Shown here: positions 37,759 through 48,615 of the stretch, one piece after another
Layout: each line of letters starts with the position of its first letter
Numbering within the stretch: the stretch's first letter is position 1
DNA from: Nitrospira sp.
GTDB taxonomy: Bacteria > Nitrospirota > Nitrospiria > Nitrospirales > Nitrospiraceae
Direction: 5' to 3'
Length of the DNA stretch: 64,000 bases
Assembly: GCA_047150005.1 (NCBI GenBank)
Contig: AP038806.1
Coordinates: 2,816,001 to 2,880,000 of the forward strand
Notes under the pieces: model-generated
What the model was told of the DNA's origin: nothing
Seen by the model: only the letters and a program-made list of their open reading frames with translations
Databases searched by the model: none
Position numbers and translations under genes: made by a program

Positions 37759-38154
37759 ATGGTTACGGATCCGATCAGTGACATGCTGGTGAGATTGCGA
37801 AACGGATTTCGGCGGCAACATGAAGTGGTCACCATTCCGGCGTCCAAATTGAAACGCGAGGTCCTGCGTGTTCTGCAGGCGGAGGGCTTCATTCACGGCG
37901 TCGAGGCGGCGGAGGAGGAAGGCCATCCGGTTCTCAAGGTTCGTCTCCGGTATGTGGGTGAGGGGCAACCGATGATCACCGGGATGGAGCGTGTGAGCAA
38001 GCCGGGTCGACGGGTCTACGTCGGAAATAAGAATATTCCGCGGGTGCGCAACGGTATCGGCATGGCGATCCTCTCGACGTCCAAAGGGATCATGACCGAT
38101 CAGGCGTCCCGCAAGGCGGGGCTCGGCGGTGAAGTACTCTGTTCGATCTGGTAG
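37759..38154 (+). CDS. rpsH: 30S ribosomal protein S8
   Basis: TDPISDML, SKPGRRVY, STSKG, GGEV. Confidence 0.98.
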   Translation: MVTDPISDMLVRLRNGFRRQHEVVTIPASKLKREVLRVLQAEGFIHGVEAAEEEGHPVLKVRLRYVGEGQPMITGMERVSKPGRRVYVGNKNIPRVRNGIGMAILSTSKGIMTDQASRKAGLGGEVLCSIW

Positions 38155-38193
38155 CGGGCGGTTGACTGCATCGGCAAGAAGGATGGCGTAGCG

Positions 38194-38730
38194 ATGTCAC
38201 GCATAGGAAAAAAACCGGTTCCGGTCCCGGCCGGTGTCGACGTGAAAGTGGCGGGGTCTGTAGTGTCCGTGAAAGGTCCGCTTGGTAAGCTGGATTGGGC
38301 GCTTGCGCCCGGTATCGGTGTCACCGTGGACAAAGGGCAAGTCCTGGTCACTCGATCAGGCGATGCGCGCAATGTCCGGGCCTTACACGGTTTGGTCCGC
38401 GCGGAATTGAGTAACATGGTCCACGGCGTCACCAAGGGGTATGAGCGGAATCTGGAAATCACCGGCGTCGGCTACAAGGCCGCAGTGCAGGGGCGCACGA
38501 TGAGTTTCAATGTGGGCTACATCAATCCGGTCGTGTATCCGATCCCCGCCGGGATCGAGGTGAAAATCGACAAGCAGACCATGATCAATGTGAAGGGCGT
38601 TGATAAGCGGCTTGTGGGGCAGGTGGCGGCCAACCTTCGGGCCATCAAGCCGCCCGACGTCTATAAGCAAAAGGGTGTGCGGTACGTCGGTGAAGTCTTG
38701 CGTAAGAAGGAAGGCAAAACAGGGAAGTAG
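38194..38730 (+). CDS. rplF: 50S ribosomal protein L6
   Basis: MSRIGKKP, GVGYKA, PPDVYKQKGVRY. Confidence 0.98.
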   Translation: MSRIGKKPVPVPAGVDVKVAGSVVSVKGPLGKLDWALAPGIGVTVDKGQVLVTRSGDARNVRALHGLVRAELSNMVHGVTKGYERNLEITGVGYKAAVQGRTMSFNVGYINPVVYPIPAGIEVKIDKQTMINVKGVDKRLVGQVAANLRAIKPPDVYKQKGVRYVGEVLRKKEGKTGK

Positions 38731-38736
38731 GATGCC

Positions 38737-39102
38737 ATGAACAGTATGGAGAAAAACCGGCAGCTCGCGCGTCGCCAACGGCGTGTTCGCCAACGGATTT
38801 TCGGAACCGACGAGCGACCGCGGCTCAACGTGTTTCGCAGCAGCAGCCACATTTATGCGCAGATCATCGATGATCTGAAGGGTCTGACGTTGGTGTCGGC
38901 GTCGTCCCTTGATAAATCGCTGCGCACCACGCTCAAGTCCACAAGCAGCATCGTGGCGGCGAAAGCGGTCGGGAAGCTGCTGGCGGAACGGGCTAAAGCC
39001 GCCAAGGTTCACGCGGTCGTGTTTGATCGCGGCGGCCGTCTCTACCACGGCCGAATCAAAGCGTTGGCGGATGCCTCCCGTGAGGGAGGGTTGCAGTTCT
39101 AG
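38737..39102 (+). CDS. rplR: 50S ribosomal protein L18
   Basis: [24 protein letters not shown]. Confidence 0.98.
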   Translation: MNSMEKNRQLARRQRRVRQRIFGTDERPRLNVFRSSSHIYAQIIDDLKGLTLVSASSLDKSLRTTLKSTSSIVAAKAVGKLLAERAKAAKVHAVVFDRGGRLYHGRIKALADASREGGLQF

Positions 39103-39147
39103 TGCAGCGACCGTCGAATCTTCACACAGGAGAGGGGGAGTAGACGC

Positions 39148-39657
39148 GTGCGAGTTAATCCCGATGAACTCAGTTTGAAGGACAAAGTGGTCTTCATTAA
39201 CCGTGTGGCCAAAGTGGTCAAGGGCGGCAAGCGGTTCAACTTTTGCGCGCTCGTGGTGGTCGGAGACGGGCAGGGTTGGGTCGGCATCGGCAAAGGGAAG
39301 GCGGCCGAAGTCCCGGTGGCCATTTCCAAGGCCGTGCAGCAGGCCAAGAAGAACTTGGTGCACGTGCCGCTCAAGTCCGGAACGATTCCACACGAGGTCC
39401 ACGGGCTGTTCGGGGGCGAGCATGTGCTCTTAAAGCCTGCCGCAGAAGGGACTGGAATCATAGCTGGTGGTGCGGTGCGAGCCGTCGTCGAGTTGGTCGG
39501 CGCCCATAACGTCATCTCCAAGACGCTGGGAAGAGGCAACCCATTCAACACCGTGCGGGCGACGCTGGACGGCCTGACCCAGCTGCGAAATCCGGAAGAA
39601 GTGATGCAGTTGCGGCGCGGTCTCTCCGAGGTCCGTTCGGCCGGAGTGGGGGCATGA
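39148..39657 (+). CDS. rpsE: 30S ribosomal protein S5
   Basis: [22 protein letters not shown]. Confidence 0.98.
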   Translation: MRVNPDELSLKDKVVFINRVAKVVKGGKRFNFCALVVVGDGQGWVGIGKGKAAEVPVAISKAVQQAKKNLVHVPLKSGTIPHEVHGLFGGEHVLLKPAAEGTGIIAGGAVRAVVELVGAHNVISKTLGRGNPFNTVRATLDGLTQLRNPEEVMQLRRGLSEVRSAGVGA

Positions 39658-39857
39658 TGGCAACGACGAAAACAGGCACAGCGAGCATACGCATTACCCT
39701 GAAGCGAAGTCCCATCGGAACACCGGAGCGTCACCGGCTCGTCTTGCGCGGCCTCGGACTGCGAAAAATTCGTCAGGCGGTCGTGCGTCCGGATACGCCG
39801 CAAGTCAGAGGTCTTATTCATCAGGTCGGCTACTTGTTGGAAGTGCAATCACAATGA
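39654..39857 (+). CDS. rpmD: 50S ribosomal protein L30
   Basis: [22 protein letters not shown]. Confidence 0.96.
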   Translation: MMATTKTGTASIRITLKRSPIGTPERHRLVLRGLGLRKIRQAVVRPDTPQVRGLIHQVGYLLEVQSQ

Positions 39858-40303
39858 ACTTACACGAACTGGCTCCCGCGAAAGGAGCAAAGAAAAAGCG
39901 CAAGAGGATCGGTCGAGGTCCGGGGTCCGGGCACGGCAAGACCGCCACGAAGGGACATAAGGGCCTGTTGGCCCGCTCCGGCGGCGGCAAGGGAGCCGGC
40001 TTCGAGGGCGGACAGATGCCGCTCATTCGGCGCGTGCCCAAGTACGGATTTACCAATCCGTTCAGGAAGGAATTTGCCATCGTCAACCTCAAGAGTCTCG
40101 CCGAATTGGCCGAGCAGGGAACGATCACCCCTCAGACATTGGTCGATGCCGGACTCGTCAGACGCGTGACGTTGCCGATCAAAATCCTTGGAAACGGCGA
40201 ACTCAAGAAGCCGCTGGTGGTGCAGGCGCATAAATTCAGCAAGTCGGCCGAAGCCAAGATCCAAGCAGCAGGAGGCAAAGTCGAGGTCATTCCCGGTGTT
40301 TGA
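39854..40303 (+). CDS. rplO: 50S ribosomal protein L15
   Basis: [25 protein letters not shown]. Confidence 0.98.
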   Translation: MNLHELAPAKGAKKKRKRIGRGPGSGHGKTATKGHKGLLARSGGGKGAGFEGGQMPLIRRVPKYGFTNPFRKEFAIVNLKSLAELAEQGTITPQTLVDAGLVRRVTLPIKILGNGELKKPLVVQAHKFSKSAEAKIQAAGGKVEVIPGV

Positions 40304-41615
40304 GCGGCTCCTGACGAGTTTTCAGAATATTTTCAAGATTCCCGAGTTGCGGACCAGGATTCTGTTCACGCTGGGAATGCTGGTCGTCTATCGAGTTGGG
40401 GCGCATATCCCTACGCCGGGAATCAACGGGGAAGCGCTCCAGGACTTTTTGCAAAAGCAGGGCGGGGCGCTGCTCGGTTTCTTGGATATTTTTTCCGGCG
40501 GTTCGCTGTCGAGGCTGACGATCTTTGCGCTGGGCATCATGCCGTACATCAGCGCATCGATTATTCTTCAGCTCCTGACAGTGGTCATTCCTCACCTGAC
40601 GAAACTGGCGAAGGAAGGGGAGCGCGGTCGGAAGAAGATCATTCAGTATACGCGCTTCGGGACGATCGGCATCGCCCTGATTCAAGGGTTCGGCATCGCT
40701 GTCGGTCTGGAACAGATGAACAGCGGAGCGTTCGTCTTGGACAAAGGTTGGGGATTCCGTCTGATGACGGTGATCACCCTCACCGCCGGCACGGCGTTTC
40801 TGATGTGGCTCGGGGAGCAGATCACTGAGCGCGGGATCGGCAACGGGATCTCGCTGATCATTTTCGCCGGGATCGTGGCTCGTCTTCCCGCGGCGGTGGC
40901 GCAGACCTTCGATCTGTACAAGGTCGGCCAGTTGAGCTTTCTGTTGTTGGCCGCGCTCGCCGTGTTGATGGTCGCGGTCGTGGCCGCCATCGTGTTCCTG
41001 GAAAGCGGCCGCCGCAAGGTGCCCGTGCAGTATGCGAAGCGGGTGGTGGGGCGGCGGGTCTACGGAGGGCAGAGTACGCATATTCCGCTGAAGATCAATA
41101 CGGCCGGGGTGATTCCGCCGATTTTCGCGTCATCGATCATTGCGTTCCCTGCCACCATTGCCGGCTTTTTCGAGACGCCATGGGTGAAGGCCATCGGGGC
41201 GCAGCTGGCGCCGGGGTCGCTGTTGTATACGCTCATGTACGTCGGTTTGATTCTGTTTTTCTGCTTTTTCTATACGGCGGTGGTGCTCAATCCGGTGGAT
41301 ATGGCCGACAACATGAAAAAGTACGGCGGCTTCATCCCCGGGATTCGGCCAGGCCAGCGGACCTCGGATTATATCTATAAGGTCCTGACGCATATCACGT
41401 TCGCGGGGGCGATCTACCTCGCCGTCGTCTGCGTGATTCCGGAGTTTCTGATCTACAAGCTGAACGTGCCCTTTTATTTCGGCGGTACGTCGCTGCTGAT
41501 CGTCATCGGCGTCGGACTGGATACGGCGCAGCAAATCGAGTCCCATATGTTGATGCGCAACTACGAAGGGTTTTTGGGAAAGGGCATGGGACCGTTACGC
41601 GGCCGGAGCGGCTGA
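40296..41615 (+). CDS. secY: Preprotein translocase subunit SecY
   Basis: [44 protein letters not shown] start overlapping the rplO end. Confidence 0.98.
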   Translation: MFERLLTSFQNIFKIPELRTRILFTLGMLVVYRVGAHIPTPGINGEALQDFLQKQGGALLGFLDIFSGGSLSRLTIFALGIMPYISASIILQLLTVVIPHLTKLAKEGERGRKKIIQYTRFGTIGIALIQGFGIAVGLEQMNSGAFVLDKGWGFRLMTVITLTAGTAFLMWLGEQITERGIGNGISLIIFAGIVARLPAAVAQTFDLYKVGQLSFLLLAALAVLMVAVVAAIVFLESGRRKVPVQYAKRVVGRRVYGGQSTHIPLKINTAGVIPPIFASSIIAFPATIAGFFETPWVKAIGAQLAPGSLLYTLMYVGLILFFCFFYTAVVLNPVDMADNMKKYGGFIPGIRPGQRTSDYIYKVLTHITFAGAIYLAVVCVIPEFLIYKLNVPFYFGGTSLLIVIGVGLDTAQQIESHMLMRNYEGFLGKGMGPLRGRSG

Positions 41616-41619
41616 CCTC

Positions 41620-42276
41620 ATGCGCGTGGTATTTCTTGGAGCGCCGGGTGTCGGCAAGGGGACTCAAGCGGATCGAATCGCTGCAGCGTCCAAGAGCGTG
41701 AAGATCTCCACCGGTGACCTGCTGCGCGAGGCGGTGAGAAATCAAACGACGCTGGGCCGTGAGGCCAAGGGCTACATGGACCAAGGTAAGCTGGTTCCTG
41801 ATAGTGTCGTCATCGGGTTGGTCCGGGAAAAGCTCGCCGGTTTCAGCGGCACGGACGGTTTCATACTCGACGGGTTTCCGCGGACGGTAGTGCAGGCCGA
41901 GGAGTTGGATCGCGTGCTGGTGTCTGGGAATACGCCGCTCGATCGCGTCGTCAATTTTCAGGTCTCCAGGGAGGATGTTATTCGGCGCTTGAGCGGGCGG
42001 CGAAGTTGCCCCAAGTGCCAAGCGACATTCCATGTAGATTTTGCTCCGTCGAAAAAGGGGAGCGTCTGTGACCGGTGCGGTGAGACGCTGGTACAGCGTA
42101 GCGATGACCGGCCGGAAGCGATCGAGACGCGGCTTAAGGTGTATGAGGAACAAACGGCTCCACTGATTCGGTATTATCGCGAGCGACAACTCCTGTCGGA
42201 ACTCGACGGATCCGGTACAGTGGACACGGTATTTGAAGGGTTATCTCGGGTGCTGGCTTCTTACAGGCCGACATGA
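41620..42276 (+). CDS. adk: Adenylate kinase (Zn-lid type)
   Basis: GAPGVGKGT, STGDLLR, LDGFPRT, lid CPKC...CDRC. Confidence 0.98.
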   Translation: MRVVFLGAPGVGKGTQADRIAAASKSVKISTGDLLREAVRNQTTLGREAKGYMDQGKLVPDSVVIGLVREKLAGFSGTDGFILDGFPRTVVQAEELDRVLVSGNTPLDRVVNFQVSREDVIRRLSGRRSCPKCQATFHVDFAPSKKGSVCDRCGETLVQRSDDRPEAIETRLKVYEEQTAPLIRYYRERQLLSELDGSGTVDTVFEGLSRVLASYRPT

Positions 42277-43022
42277 TCATTCTGAAGACGCCAGAGGAGG
42301 TTGCCCTGATGGCAAAGGCGTCGAGAGTGGTGGCGGAAGCGCTGGAGGTCCTGAAGCAAGCGGTCAAGCCCGGGGTCACCACGGGCGAGTTGGACCGACT
42401 GGCTGAATCGGAAATTCGTGCTCGGGGCGCCCAGCCGGCGTTCAAGGGGTATCGAAATTATCCCAAGACGTTGTGTGCTTCGGTCAACGAACAGGTTGTG
42501 CACGGCATTCCCTCCCAGCGCGCGCTGAAAGAGGGAGACATCGTCGGACTGGATCTGGGCGCGATCGTCGAAGGGTTCTACGGAGACTCGGCGGTGACCG
42601 TCGGAGTCGGACAGGTGGATGACAAGACGGCGAGGTTGGTTCGGGTGACGGAAGAAGCTCTCGCGCTCGGTATTGAGCAGGCGGTAGTGGGAAACCGGTT
42701 GTCTGACATTTCCCACGCGGTTCAGCGTCATGTCGAAGCTGCGGGATATTCCGTCGTTACGGAATTTGTGGGTCACGGCATCGGCCGGCAGCTGCATGAA
42801 GAACCGCAGGTTCCGAATTACGGGAGACCAGGACAGGGACCGCGGTTACAACACGGCATGGTCCTCGCCATCGAGCCCATGGTCAATATGGGAGGCGCGG
42901 CGGTCAGAGTCCTCGACGATCGGTGGACCGCGGTGACGGTGGACGGAAGTTTATCGGCGCATTTCGAGCATACGATCGCCGTTCAGCCCGAGGGACCGGC
43001 GAGGGTCCTCAGTCGATTATGA
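42273..43022 (+). CDS. map: Methionine aminopeptidase type I
   Basis: SVNEQVVHGIP, GHGIG..LHEEP, AIEPM, SAHFEHT. Confidence 0.98.
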   Translation: MIILKTPEEVALMAKASRVVAEALEVLKQAVKPGVTTGELDRLAESEIRARGAQPAFKGYRNYPKTLCASVNEQVVHGIPSQRALKEGDIVGLDLGAIVEGFYGDSAVTVGVGQVDDKTARLVRVTEEALALGIEQAVVGNRLSDISHAVQRHVEAAGYSVVTEFVGHGIGRQLHEEPQVPNYGRPGQGPRLQHGMVLAIEPMVNMGGAAVRVLDDRWTAVTVDGSLSAHFEHTIAVQPEGPARVLSRL

Positions 43023-43051
43023 AGAGTCGTCAGAAGAAAGGATAAGGGTTC

Positions 43052-43270
43052 GTGCCCAAGGAAGACATCATCGAGATTCAAGGCACCGTGGCCGAAACCT
43101 TACCGAACGCGATGTTTCGCGTACAACTCGAGAACGGTCATAAGATTCTGGCGCATATTTCCGGAAAGATGCGCATGCATTTCATTCGCATCCTTCCGGG
43201 CGATAAGGTGACGGTTGAAATGTCTCCGTACGATTTGACGCGCGGGCGGATCACGTATCGGTTCAAGTAG
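43052..43270 (+). CDS. infA: Translation initiation factor IF-1
   Basis: [26 protein letters not shown]. Confidence 0.99.
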   Translation: MPKEDIIEIQGTVAETLPNAMFRVQLENGHKILAHISGKMRMHFIRILPGDKVTVEMSPYDLTRGRITYRFK

Positions 43271-43286
43271 GAGCAGCGAAAGAGCT

Positions 43287-43400
43287 ATGAAAGTGAAATC
43301 ATCCGTCAAGCCGATCTGTGCCAAGTGCAAGGTGGTGAGACGTCGAGGCGTCGTGCGGATCCTGTGCGAGAATCCGCGGCATAAACAACGGCAGGGATGA
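43287..43400 (+). CDS. rpmJ: 50S ribosomal protein L36 (Zn-binding type)
   Basis: Hand translation [37 protein letters not shown]. Confidence 0.97.
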   Translation: MKVKSSVKPICAKCKVVRRRGVVRILCENPRHKQRQG

Positions 43401-43406
43401 AGTAAC

Positions 43407-43502
43407 GTGCTGAGCGACGAGTGCTGAGTCCTGAGCTGGCAGTCGAAGCAGCGCAACCTGGCACCGAAGGCATCTCAGCACTCAGAACTTAGTACTCAGC
43501 AC
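43407..43502. repeat. Inverted heptamer-array element D (GTGCTGA type)
   Basis: GTGCTGA GCGACGA GTGCTGA GTCCTGA ... TCAGCAC TCAGAAC TTAGTAC TCAGCAC, abutting the rpsM SD GGAGG. Confidence 0.85.
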
Positions 43503-43512
43503 TGGAGGAAAC

Positions 43513-43908
43513 ATGGCACGTATTGCCGGAGTGGATTTGCCAAGAGAGAAACGGTCGGATATCGGCCTGACCTATGTATTCGGCATCGGCCGGGCCGCTG
43601 CGCGAAATATCCTCGATAAGGCCGGAATCGACGGAGCGATCCGTGTGAAAGATCTCAGTGAAGACCAAATCGTGAAGATCCGTGAGATCATCGATCAGGA
43701 GTATCAGGTCGAGGGCGATCTTCGGAAGACCTTCTCGATGAACATCAAGCGCTTGATCGACACCGGCGCCTACCGCGGATTGCGTCATCGCAAGGGATTG
43801 CCCGTTCGCGGTCAGCGGTCGAAGACCAATGCGAGGACCCGCAAGGGGCGTCGCGCGGGAGTCGGAAGCAAGCCGAGACCGGCAGCTCGTCCGGCCTCCA
43901 CCACCTAA
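43513..43908 (+). CDS. rpsM: 30S ribosomal protein S13
   Basis: [36 protein letters not shown]. Confidence 0.99.
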   Translation: MARIAGVDLPREKRSDIGLTYVFGIGRAAARNILDKAGIDGAIRVKDLSEDQIVKIREIIDQEYQVEGDLRKTFSMNIKRLIDTGAYRGLRHRKGLPVRGQRSKTNARTRKGRRAGVGSKPRPAARPASTT

Positions 43909-43932
43909 CCCATTCGCGGCAAAGGGACTCTC

Positions 43933-44316
43933 ATGAGCGTAAAAAAAGGGAAAAAAAAGGAGCGACGGATCGTCCAGAGCGGGATCGCCCATGTGCAGGC
44001 CTCGTTCAATAACACCATCGTGACGATTACGGACATGAGCGGCAATACCGTCGTCTGGGCGAGCGCCGGCAATCAAGGATTCAAAGGCTCCCGTAAGAGC
44101 ACGCCGTTTGCCGCACAGCGGGCCGGTGAAGCCGCGGCTCGAAAAGCGATGGAAAGCGGGATGCGCCAAGTCGATGTCTATGTGAACGGTCCCGGGTCAG
44201 GCCGCGAATCGGCGATCCGTTCGCTCCAAGGAGCTGGGCTTCGGATCAATCTCATTCGGGATGTGACGCCTATTCCGCACAACGGATGTCGGCCGCCGAA
44301 GCGACGGCGTGTGTAA
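43933..44316 (+). CDS. rpsK: 30S ribosomal protein S11
   Basis: [33 protein letters not shown]. Confidence 0.99.
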   Translation: MSVKKGKKKERRIVQSGIAHVQASFNNTIVTITDMSGNTVVWASAGNQGFKGSRKSTPFAAQRAGEAAARKAMESGMRQVDVYVNGPGSGRESAIRSLQGAGLRINLIRDVTPIPHNGCRPPKRRRV

Positions 44317-44398
44317 CTGGACTTACTCGGTTGTGGAATACGACAAAGAATCTGAGGACACCGACAGGTAACGGTGTCCGGTAACCGGAGGTAGAGAA

Positions 44399-45025
44399 GT
44401 GGCAAAGTATCGAGGTCCTGTCTGTCGGTTGTGCCGGCGTGAGGGGGAGAAGCTGTTTCTGAAAGGCTCCCGCTGCATGACGGAGAAGTGTGCCATCGAG
44501 CGGCGCAGCTATCCGCCTGGCCAACACGGGCAGGGGCGGCAGCGAACGTCGGATTACAGCCTCCAGCTCCGAGAGAAGCAGAAGTTGCGGCGGATCTATG
44601 GGTTGCAGGAACGGCAGTTCCGCGGCGTCTTTGAACGGGCGGAGCGCCAGACGGGGGTCACGGGCGAAGCGCTGCTGCGCCTGCTCGAATCGCGGCTTGA
44701 CAACGTGACCTACCGACTCGGGTTTGGCGCGTCGCGGCGCGAAGCCCGCCAGCTGGTAAGCCACGGTCATGTGACGGTCAATGGCCGGAAAGTCAATGTT
44801 CCCGGCGCGTTGGTACGGGCAGGAGATGTGGTGGCCGTGCGTGAACGAAGTCGGAATTTGGTGACCATTCAAACGGCTCTGGAGTCGGTCGAAGGGCGGG
44901 GTGTGCCGGAGTGGTTGGAGTTGGACAAGGCGGGATTCAAAGGCACTGTCCGCGCGCTTCCGACGAAAGACCAGATTACGCTGCCGGTCAATGAGCAGAT
45001 GGTTGTCGAACTCTATTCAAGGTAA
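44399..45025 (+). CDS. rpsD: 30S ribosomal protein S4
   Basis: [27 protein letters not shown]. Confidence 0.99.
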   Translation: MAKYRGPVCRLCRREGEKLFLKGSRCMTEKCAIERRSYPPGQHGQGRQRTSDYSLQLREKQKLRRIYGLQERQFRGVFERAERQTGVTGEALLRLLESRLDNVTYRLGFGASRREARQLVSHGHVTVNGRKVNVPGALVRAGDVVAVRERSRNLVTIQTALESVEGRGVPEWLELDKAGFKGTVRALPTKDQITLPVNEQMVVELYSR

Positions 45026-45105
45026 CGGTGACTTCATACAGCGCCGCTCCTCTGCAGAATGCCTCGCCGGGGTTGTGTAGGTGCTGACACGATGAAGGGG
45101 GACTC

Positions 45106-46107
45106 ATGATCAAAGCGATGAAGGACTTCCAGATCCCGCTGCGGGTCGAGGTCGATAAAGAAACCCTCTCTCCGACGTTCGGCCGGTTTTCGACCGAGGC
45201 CTTTGAACGGGGATTTGGGACGACGGTGGGCAATGCGTTGCGTCGGGTACTGCTCTCCTCGTTGACGGGTGCCGCGGTGACGACGGTGAAGATCGAAGGG
45301 GTGTTGCACGAGTTTTCGACGATTCCCGGAGTGACCGAAGATGTCACGTCGATCATCTTGAACGTGAAGGGACTTCGGTTGGCGCTCCATACCGACAAGC
45401 CCAAGACCATCCGTCTCAAGAAGAAAGGGCCGGGCGAAGCGAAAGGTTCGGATATCGTTCATGACGCCGACATGACGATTCTGACCCCGAATCTCCATAT
45501 CGCCACATTGGATAAGGATGCGACGTTGGATATGGAGATGACCGTGAAACACGGCCGCGGCTATGTGCCGGCTGAGCGGAACAAGGAAGAAGGCCTGCCC
45601 ATTGGAGTGATTGCGATTGATTCGATCTTTTCGCCCATCAAGCGGGTCAACTTTCAGGTTGAAAACGCCCGTGTGGGCCGCATAACCGATTATGACAAGC
45701 TGACCTTGGAGATTTGGACCGACGGAACGATCTCGCCACGGGATGCACTGTCGACCGCCGCCGGCATTTTGCGGGATCATGTGGATATTTTCATCAATCC
45801 GGAAGCACGAGTGGAAGGTCGCGGGGAGCTGGCCGGTGAAGACGCTCAACGCGAGATCAACAAGAACCTGTTCCGCAGCGTCAACGAACTGGAACTGTCC
45901 GTCCGGGCAGCCAACTGCCTGAAGAATGCCAACATCAAGACGATTGCCGACTTGGTGCAGAAGACTGAAGCGGAGATGCTGAAGACAAAGAATTTCGGCA
46001 AGAAGTCTCTCAATGAAATCAAAGAAATCTTGACCGAAATGGGATTGGGCCTGGGGGTGAAGTTGGACGCGTTGCCTTCAAACGGCAATCCCAAGCCGAT
46101 TGAATAA
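45106..46107 (+). CDS. rpoA: RNA polymerase alpha subunit
   Basis: ERGFGTTVGNALRRVLLSS, LSVRAANCL, NFGKKSL. Confidence 0.99.
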   Translation: MIKAMKDFQIPLRVEVDKETLSPTFGRFSTEAFERGFGTTVGNALRRVLLSSLTGAAVTTVKIEGVLHEFSTIPGVTEDVTSIILNVKGLRLALHTDKPKTIRLKKKGPGEAKGSDIVHDADMTILTPNLHIATLDKDATLDMEMTVKHGRGYVPAERNKEEGLPIGVIAIDSIFSPIKRVNFQVENARVGRITDYDKLTLEIWTDGTISPRDALSTAAGILRDHVDIFINPEARVEGRGELAGEDAQREINKNLFRSVNELELSVRAANCLKNANIKTIADLVQKTEAEMLKTKNFGKKSLNEIKEILTEMGLGLGVKLDALPSNGNPKPIE

Positions 46108-46123
46108 CGAACAAGAGGGAACC

Positions 46124-46534
46124 GTGCGTCACAGAAAAAAAGGCAGACAACTCGGCCGACAGACCAAGCATCGCTGGGCGTTGTTCAGAAGTCTTGTGAC
46201 TTCGCTGCTCGAACACGAACGGATTGAGACAACAGAAGCCAAGGCCAAGGAAATCAGAGGCTTTACTGATCGCATGATCACGCTTGGCAAGGACGGTTCA
46301 TTGCCGGCTCGTCGGCGGGCGCTCAGCTTTCTTCGAAGCAAGCTGGTCGTGACTAAGCTCTTCGGTGACGTGGCGGCGCGATTCAAGGATCGGCCGGGCG
46401 GTTATACCAGGATCGTAAAGACCAGACGGCGAATCGGTGATGCTGCCGAATTGGTTTCGATCGAACTGGTCTCCCGCCCAGATGTGACGGCCACGAAACA
46501 GTCATCTCCAGCCGCCGAAGCCGCGAAATCCTAG
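46124..46534 (+). CDS. rplQ: 50S ribosomal protein L17
   Basis: (M)RHRKKGRQLGR, IETTEAKAKE, RPGGYTRI; GTG start. Confidence 0.98.
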   Translation: MRHRKKGRQLGRQTKHRWALFRSLVTSLLEHERIETTEAKAKEIRGFTDRMITLGKDGSLPARRRALSFLRSKLVVTKLFGDVAARFKDRPGGYTRIVKTRRRIGDAAELVSIELVSRPDVTATKQSSPAAEAAKS

Positions 46535-46542
46535 TTCATTGA

Positions 46543-46578
46543 CGGGCCGATGGGACTCCGCTGAGTCCTGCCGGCCCG
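46543..46578 (+). terminator. GC-rich hairpin after rplQ (possible end of supercluster transcript)
   Basis: CGGGCCG..GGGACTC-CGCT-GAGTCCT..CGGCCCG; weak pyrimidine tail, no clear U run. Confidence 0.4.
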
Positions 46579-46716
46579 CTCCCTTCAAAAACATTCCTGA
46601 GTTCCGTGTTTTCCCGACGAAATATGTTATCCGCCAAGGTGTGAAGTTTACTTGCTCGGGCGCGCATGCTACTATCGTGCCAGTAGCTACGGCTGGCTTG
46701 GAGCAAGATATATAAA

Positions 46717-47286
46717 GTGTGGAGAACGCTGGCACAGCGAGGCCTTCTTGGGTTGAGCGTTGTGCTTGCCGGCTATCTTGTGTACCTGCTCATGACGAAT
46801 TCGACGTCCGCACCCCCTCCGACGAGACAGACCGGTGCGATGGATCAGGCGGACGCGACCATCTCCCGCTTTACCTTCACCCAAACCAAAGGGGACAAGG
46901 TGCAGTGGCAGGTCGACGCCAAGCAGGCCAAACTCTTCGAACAGAAAAAACAGGCCAACCTCGATACGGTCGCCGTCACACTCTTCGGGCAGGCAGGCAA
47001 GGAGCTGACTGTGGAGGGAGATGAAGGCACGCTCAATACGGACACGAAGAATTTTGTTTTGGCCAACCGGGTTGAGCCGCTCGTCATCCGGACACAGAGC
47101 GGCTATACCATCTATACGAATCATTTGACCTGGACCGATGAAACGAGAGAAATTCGAACAAGCGACCCTGTCCGTATCGTCGGACACGGATTGGAAGTGA
47201 CCGGCGTCGGACTGTTGGGTCATATGGACCGGGAAGAATTCGAAGTCCTCGAGGACGTGCATGTTGAAGTGTCTCCTGTCTCTTAG
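46717..47286 (+). CDS. lptC: LPS export protein LptC
   Basis: Single N-terminal TM plus beta-jellyroll-like pattern; position before lptA-lptB-rpoN. Confidence 0.85.
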   Translation: MWRTLAQRGLLGLSVVLAGYLVYLLMTNSTSAPPPTRQTGAMDQADATISRFTFTQTKGDKVQWQVDAKQAKLFEQKKQANLDTVAVTLFGQAGKELTVEGDEGTLNTDTKNFVLANRVEPLVIRTQSGYTIYTNHLTWTDETREIRTSDPVRIVGHGLEVTGVGLLGHMDREEFEVLEDVHVEVSPVS

Positions 47287-47818
47287 CGCGGTGCTCGCTG
47301 TTGTGTCTTTCACCGCCCATCCGTCGCCGGCTGCCCCGGTGACTGCCGGTGCCGATCAGTCCGTCAGTACGACCATCACTTCAAAGAAGATGACCGTGAA
47401 GAATCATGACAGCCAGGCTATTTTCGAGGGTGCGGTCGTGTTGACGCGCGGAACCTTGGTGGTCTATTCCGATCGGATGATCGTCTCGTTCGGCTCCGCG
47501 CAATCCAACGGAGTCGAGGATCGAAAGGGGAGGGATACGACGGAGCGAAAGGGGCCGGATACCGTTTCGAACCGGGCGGTGAACAAGATCGAAGCGATCG
47601 GCCGGGTGAAAATCGAGCGCGACAGCGGAAACGCGACGTGCGAAAAGGCGGTGTATTATCGAGAGGAGGATAAGATCGTCCTGACCGGATCGCCTGTGGC
47701 CTGGGAGAAGGGGACCAGAGTGAGCGGCAAACAAATTACCATGTTTCTGGCGGAGGATCGAAGTGTCGTCGAAGGGGGATCTCACGTGCGAATTGAGTCG
47801 GAGGGAGGAGCCAAGTGA
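47261..47818 (+). CDS. lptA: LPS transport periplasmic protein LptA (OstA-like)
   Basis: Signal peptide; [26 protein letters not shown]; synteny. Confidence 0.87.
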   Translation: MLKCLLSLSAVLAVVSFTAHPSPAAPVTAGADQSVSTTITSKKMTVKNHDSQAIFEGAVVLTRGTLVVYSDRMIVSFGSAQSNGVEDRKGRDTTERKGPDTVSNRAVNKIEAIGRVKIERDSGNATCEKAVYYREEDKIVLTGSPVAWEKGTRVSGKQITMFLAEDRSVVEGGSHVRIESEGGAK

Positions 47819-48597
47819 TCGAAGCGGCGCAAGCCTCTGCAATAACCTCCACCCCTGCGGGGTCCGGCCCTCGGAAAACCGCTCTTCGGGCGACCGGATT
47901 GGTCAAAAGCTTTCGCTCACGGAAAGTCGTCAAGGGCGTGTCCGTGGAAGTGCATGCCGGAGAAGTCGTCGGTTTGCTCGGGCCGAACGGGGCGGGAAAG
48001 ACGACGATTTTCGACATGATGGTCGGTCTCACCCAACCCGATGAAGGTACGATCACGCTGGACGACCAACCGTTGACGACCTTGCCCATGTATAAACGCG
48101 CACGTAAAGGAATCGGCTATCTTCCTCAGGAATCGTCGATTTTTCGGCGCTTGTCCGTCGAGGACAATATTCTGGCAATTCTCGAAATGCTGGATTACTC
48201 TCGGTCAGAGCGAGCCGAGCGCGTGGAGTTCTTGCTAAAAGAGTTGGATCTCGGACATATTCGGACAAGCATGGCATACGCGTTGTCCGGCGGTGAACGT
48301 CGAAGACTGGAGATTACCAGGGCATTGGCGACCAATCCCTCGTTCATGCTGTTGGACGAGCCGTTTGCAGGGATCGATCCCATTGCCGTGGCGGACATTC
48401 AGCAGATCATCACCCGACTAAAGGAAAAAGGTATCGGGATTCTTATCACCGATCACAATGTTCAAGAGACGCTTTCCATTACGGATCGTGCCTACATCAT
48501 CAATGAAGGCTTGATTCTGGAAGCGGGTTCGCCCGAGGCCATCGTGAAAAGCGAAACGGCTCGGGCTGTCTATCTCGGCGATCGGTTCAGGTTATAA
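47815..48597 (+). CDS. lptB: LPS export ABC ATPase LptB
   Basis: [44 protein letters not shown]. Confidence 0.96.
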   Translation: MIEAAQASAITSTPAGSGPRKTALRATGLVKSFRSRKVVKGVSVEVHAGEVVGLLGPNGAGKTTIFDMMVGLTQPDEGTITLDDQPLTTLPMYKRARKGIGYLPQESSIFRRLSVEDNILAILEMLDYSRSERAERVEFLLKELDLGHIRTSMAYALSGGERRRLEITRALATNPSFMLLDEPFAGIDPIAVADIQQIITRLKEKGIGILITDHNVQETLSITDRAYIINEGLILEAGSPEAIVKSETARAVYLGDRFRL

Positions 48598-48615
48598 GGA
48601 ACGAATACGGTGTCG

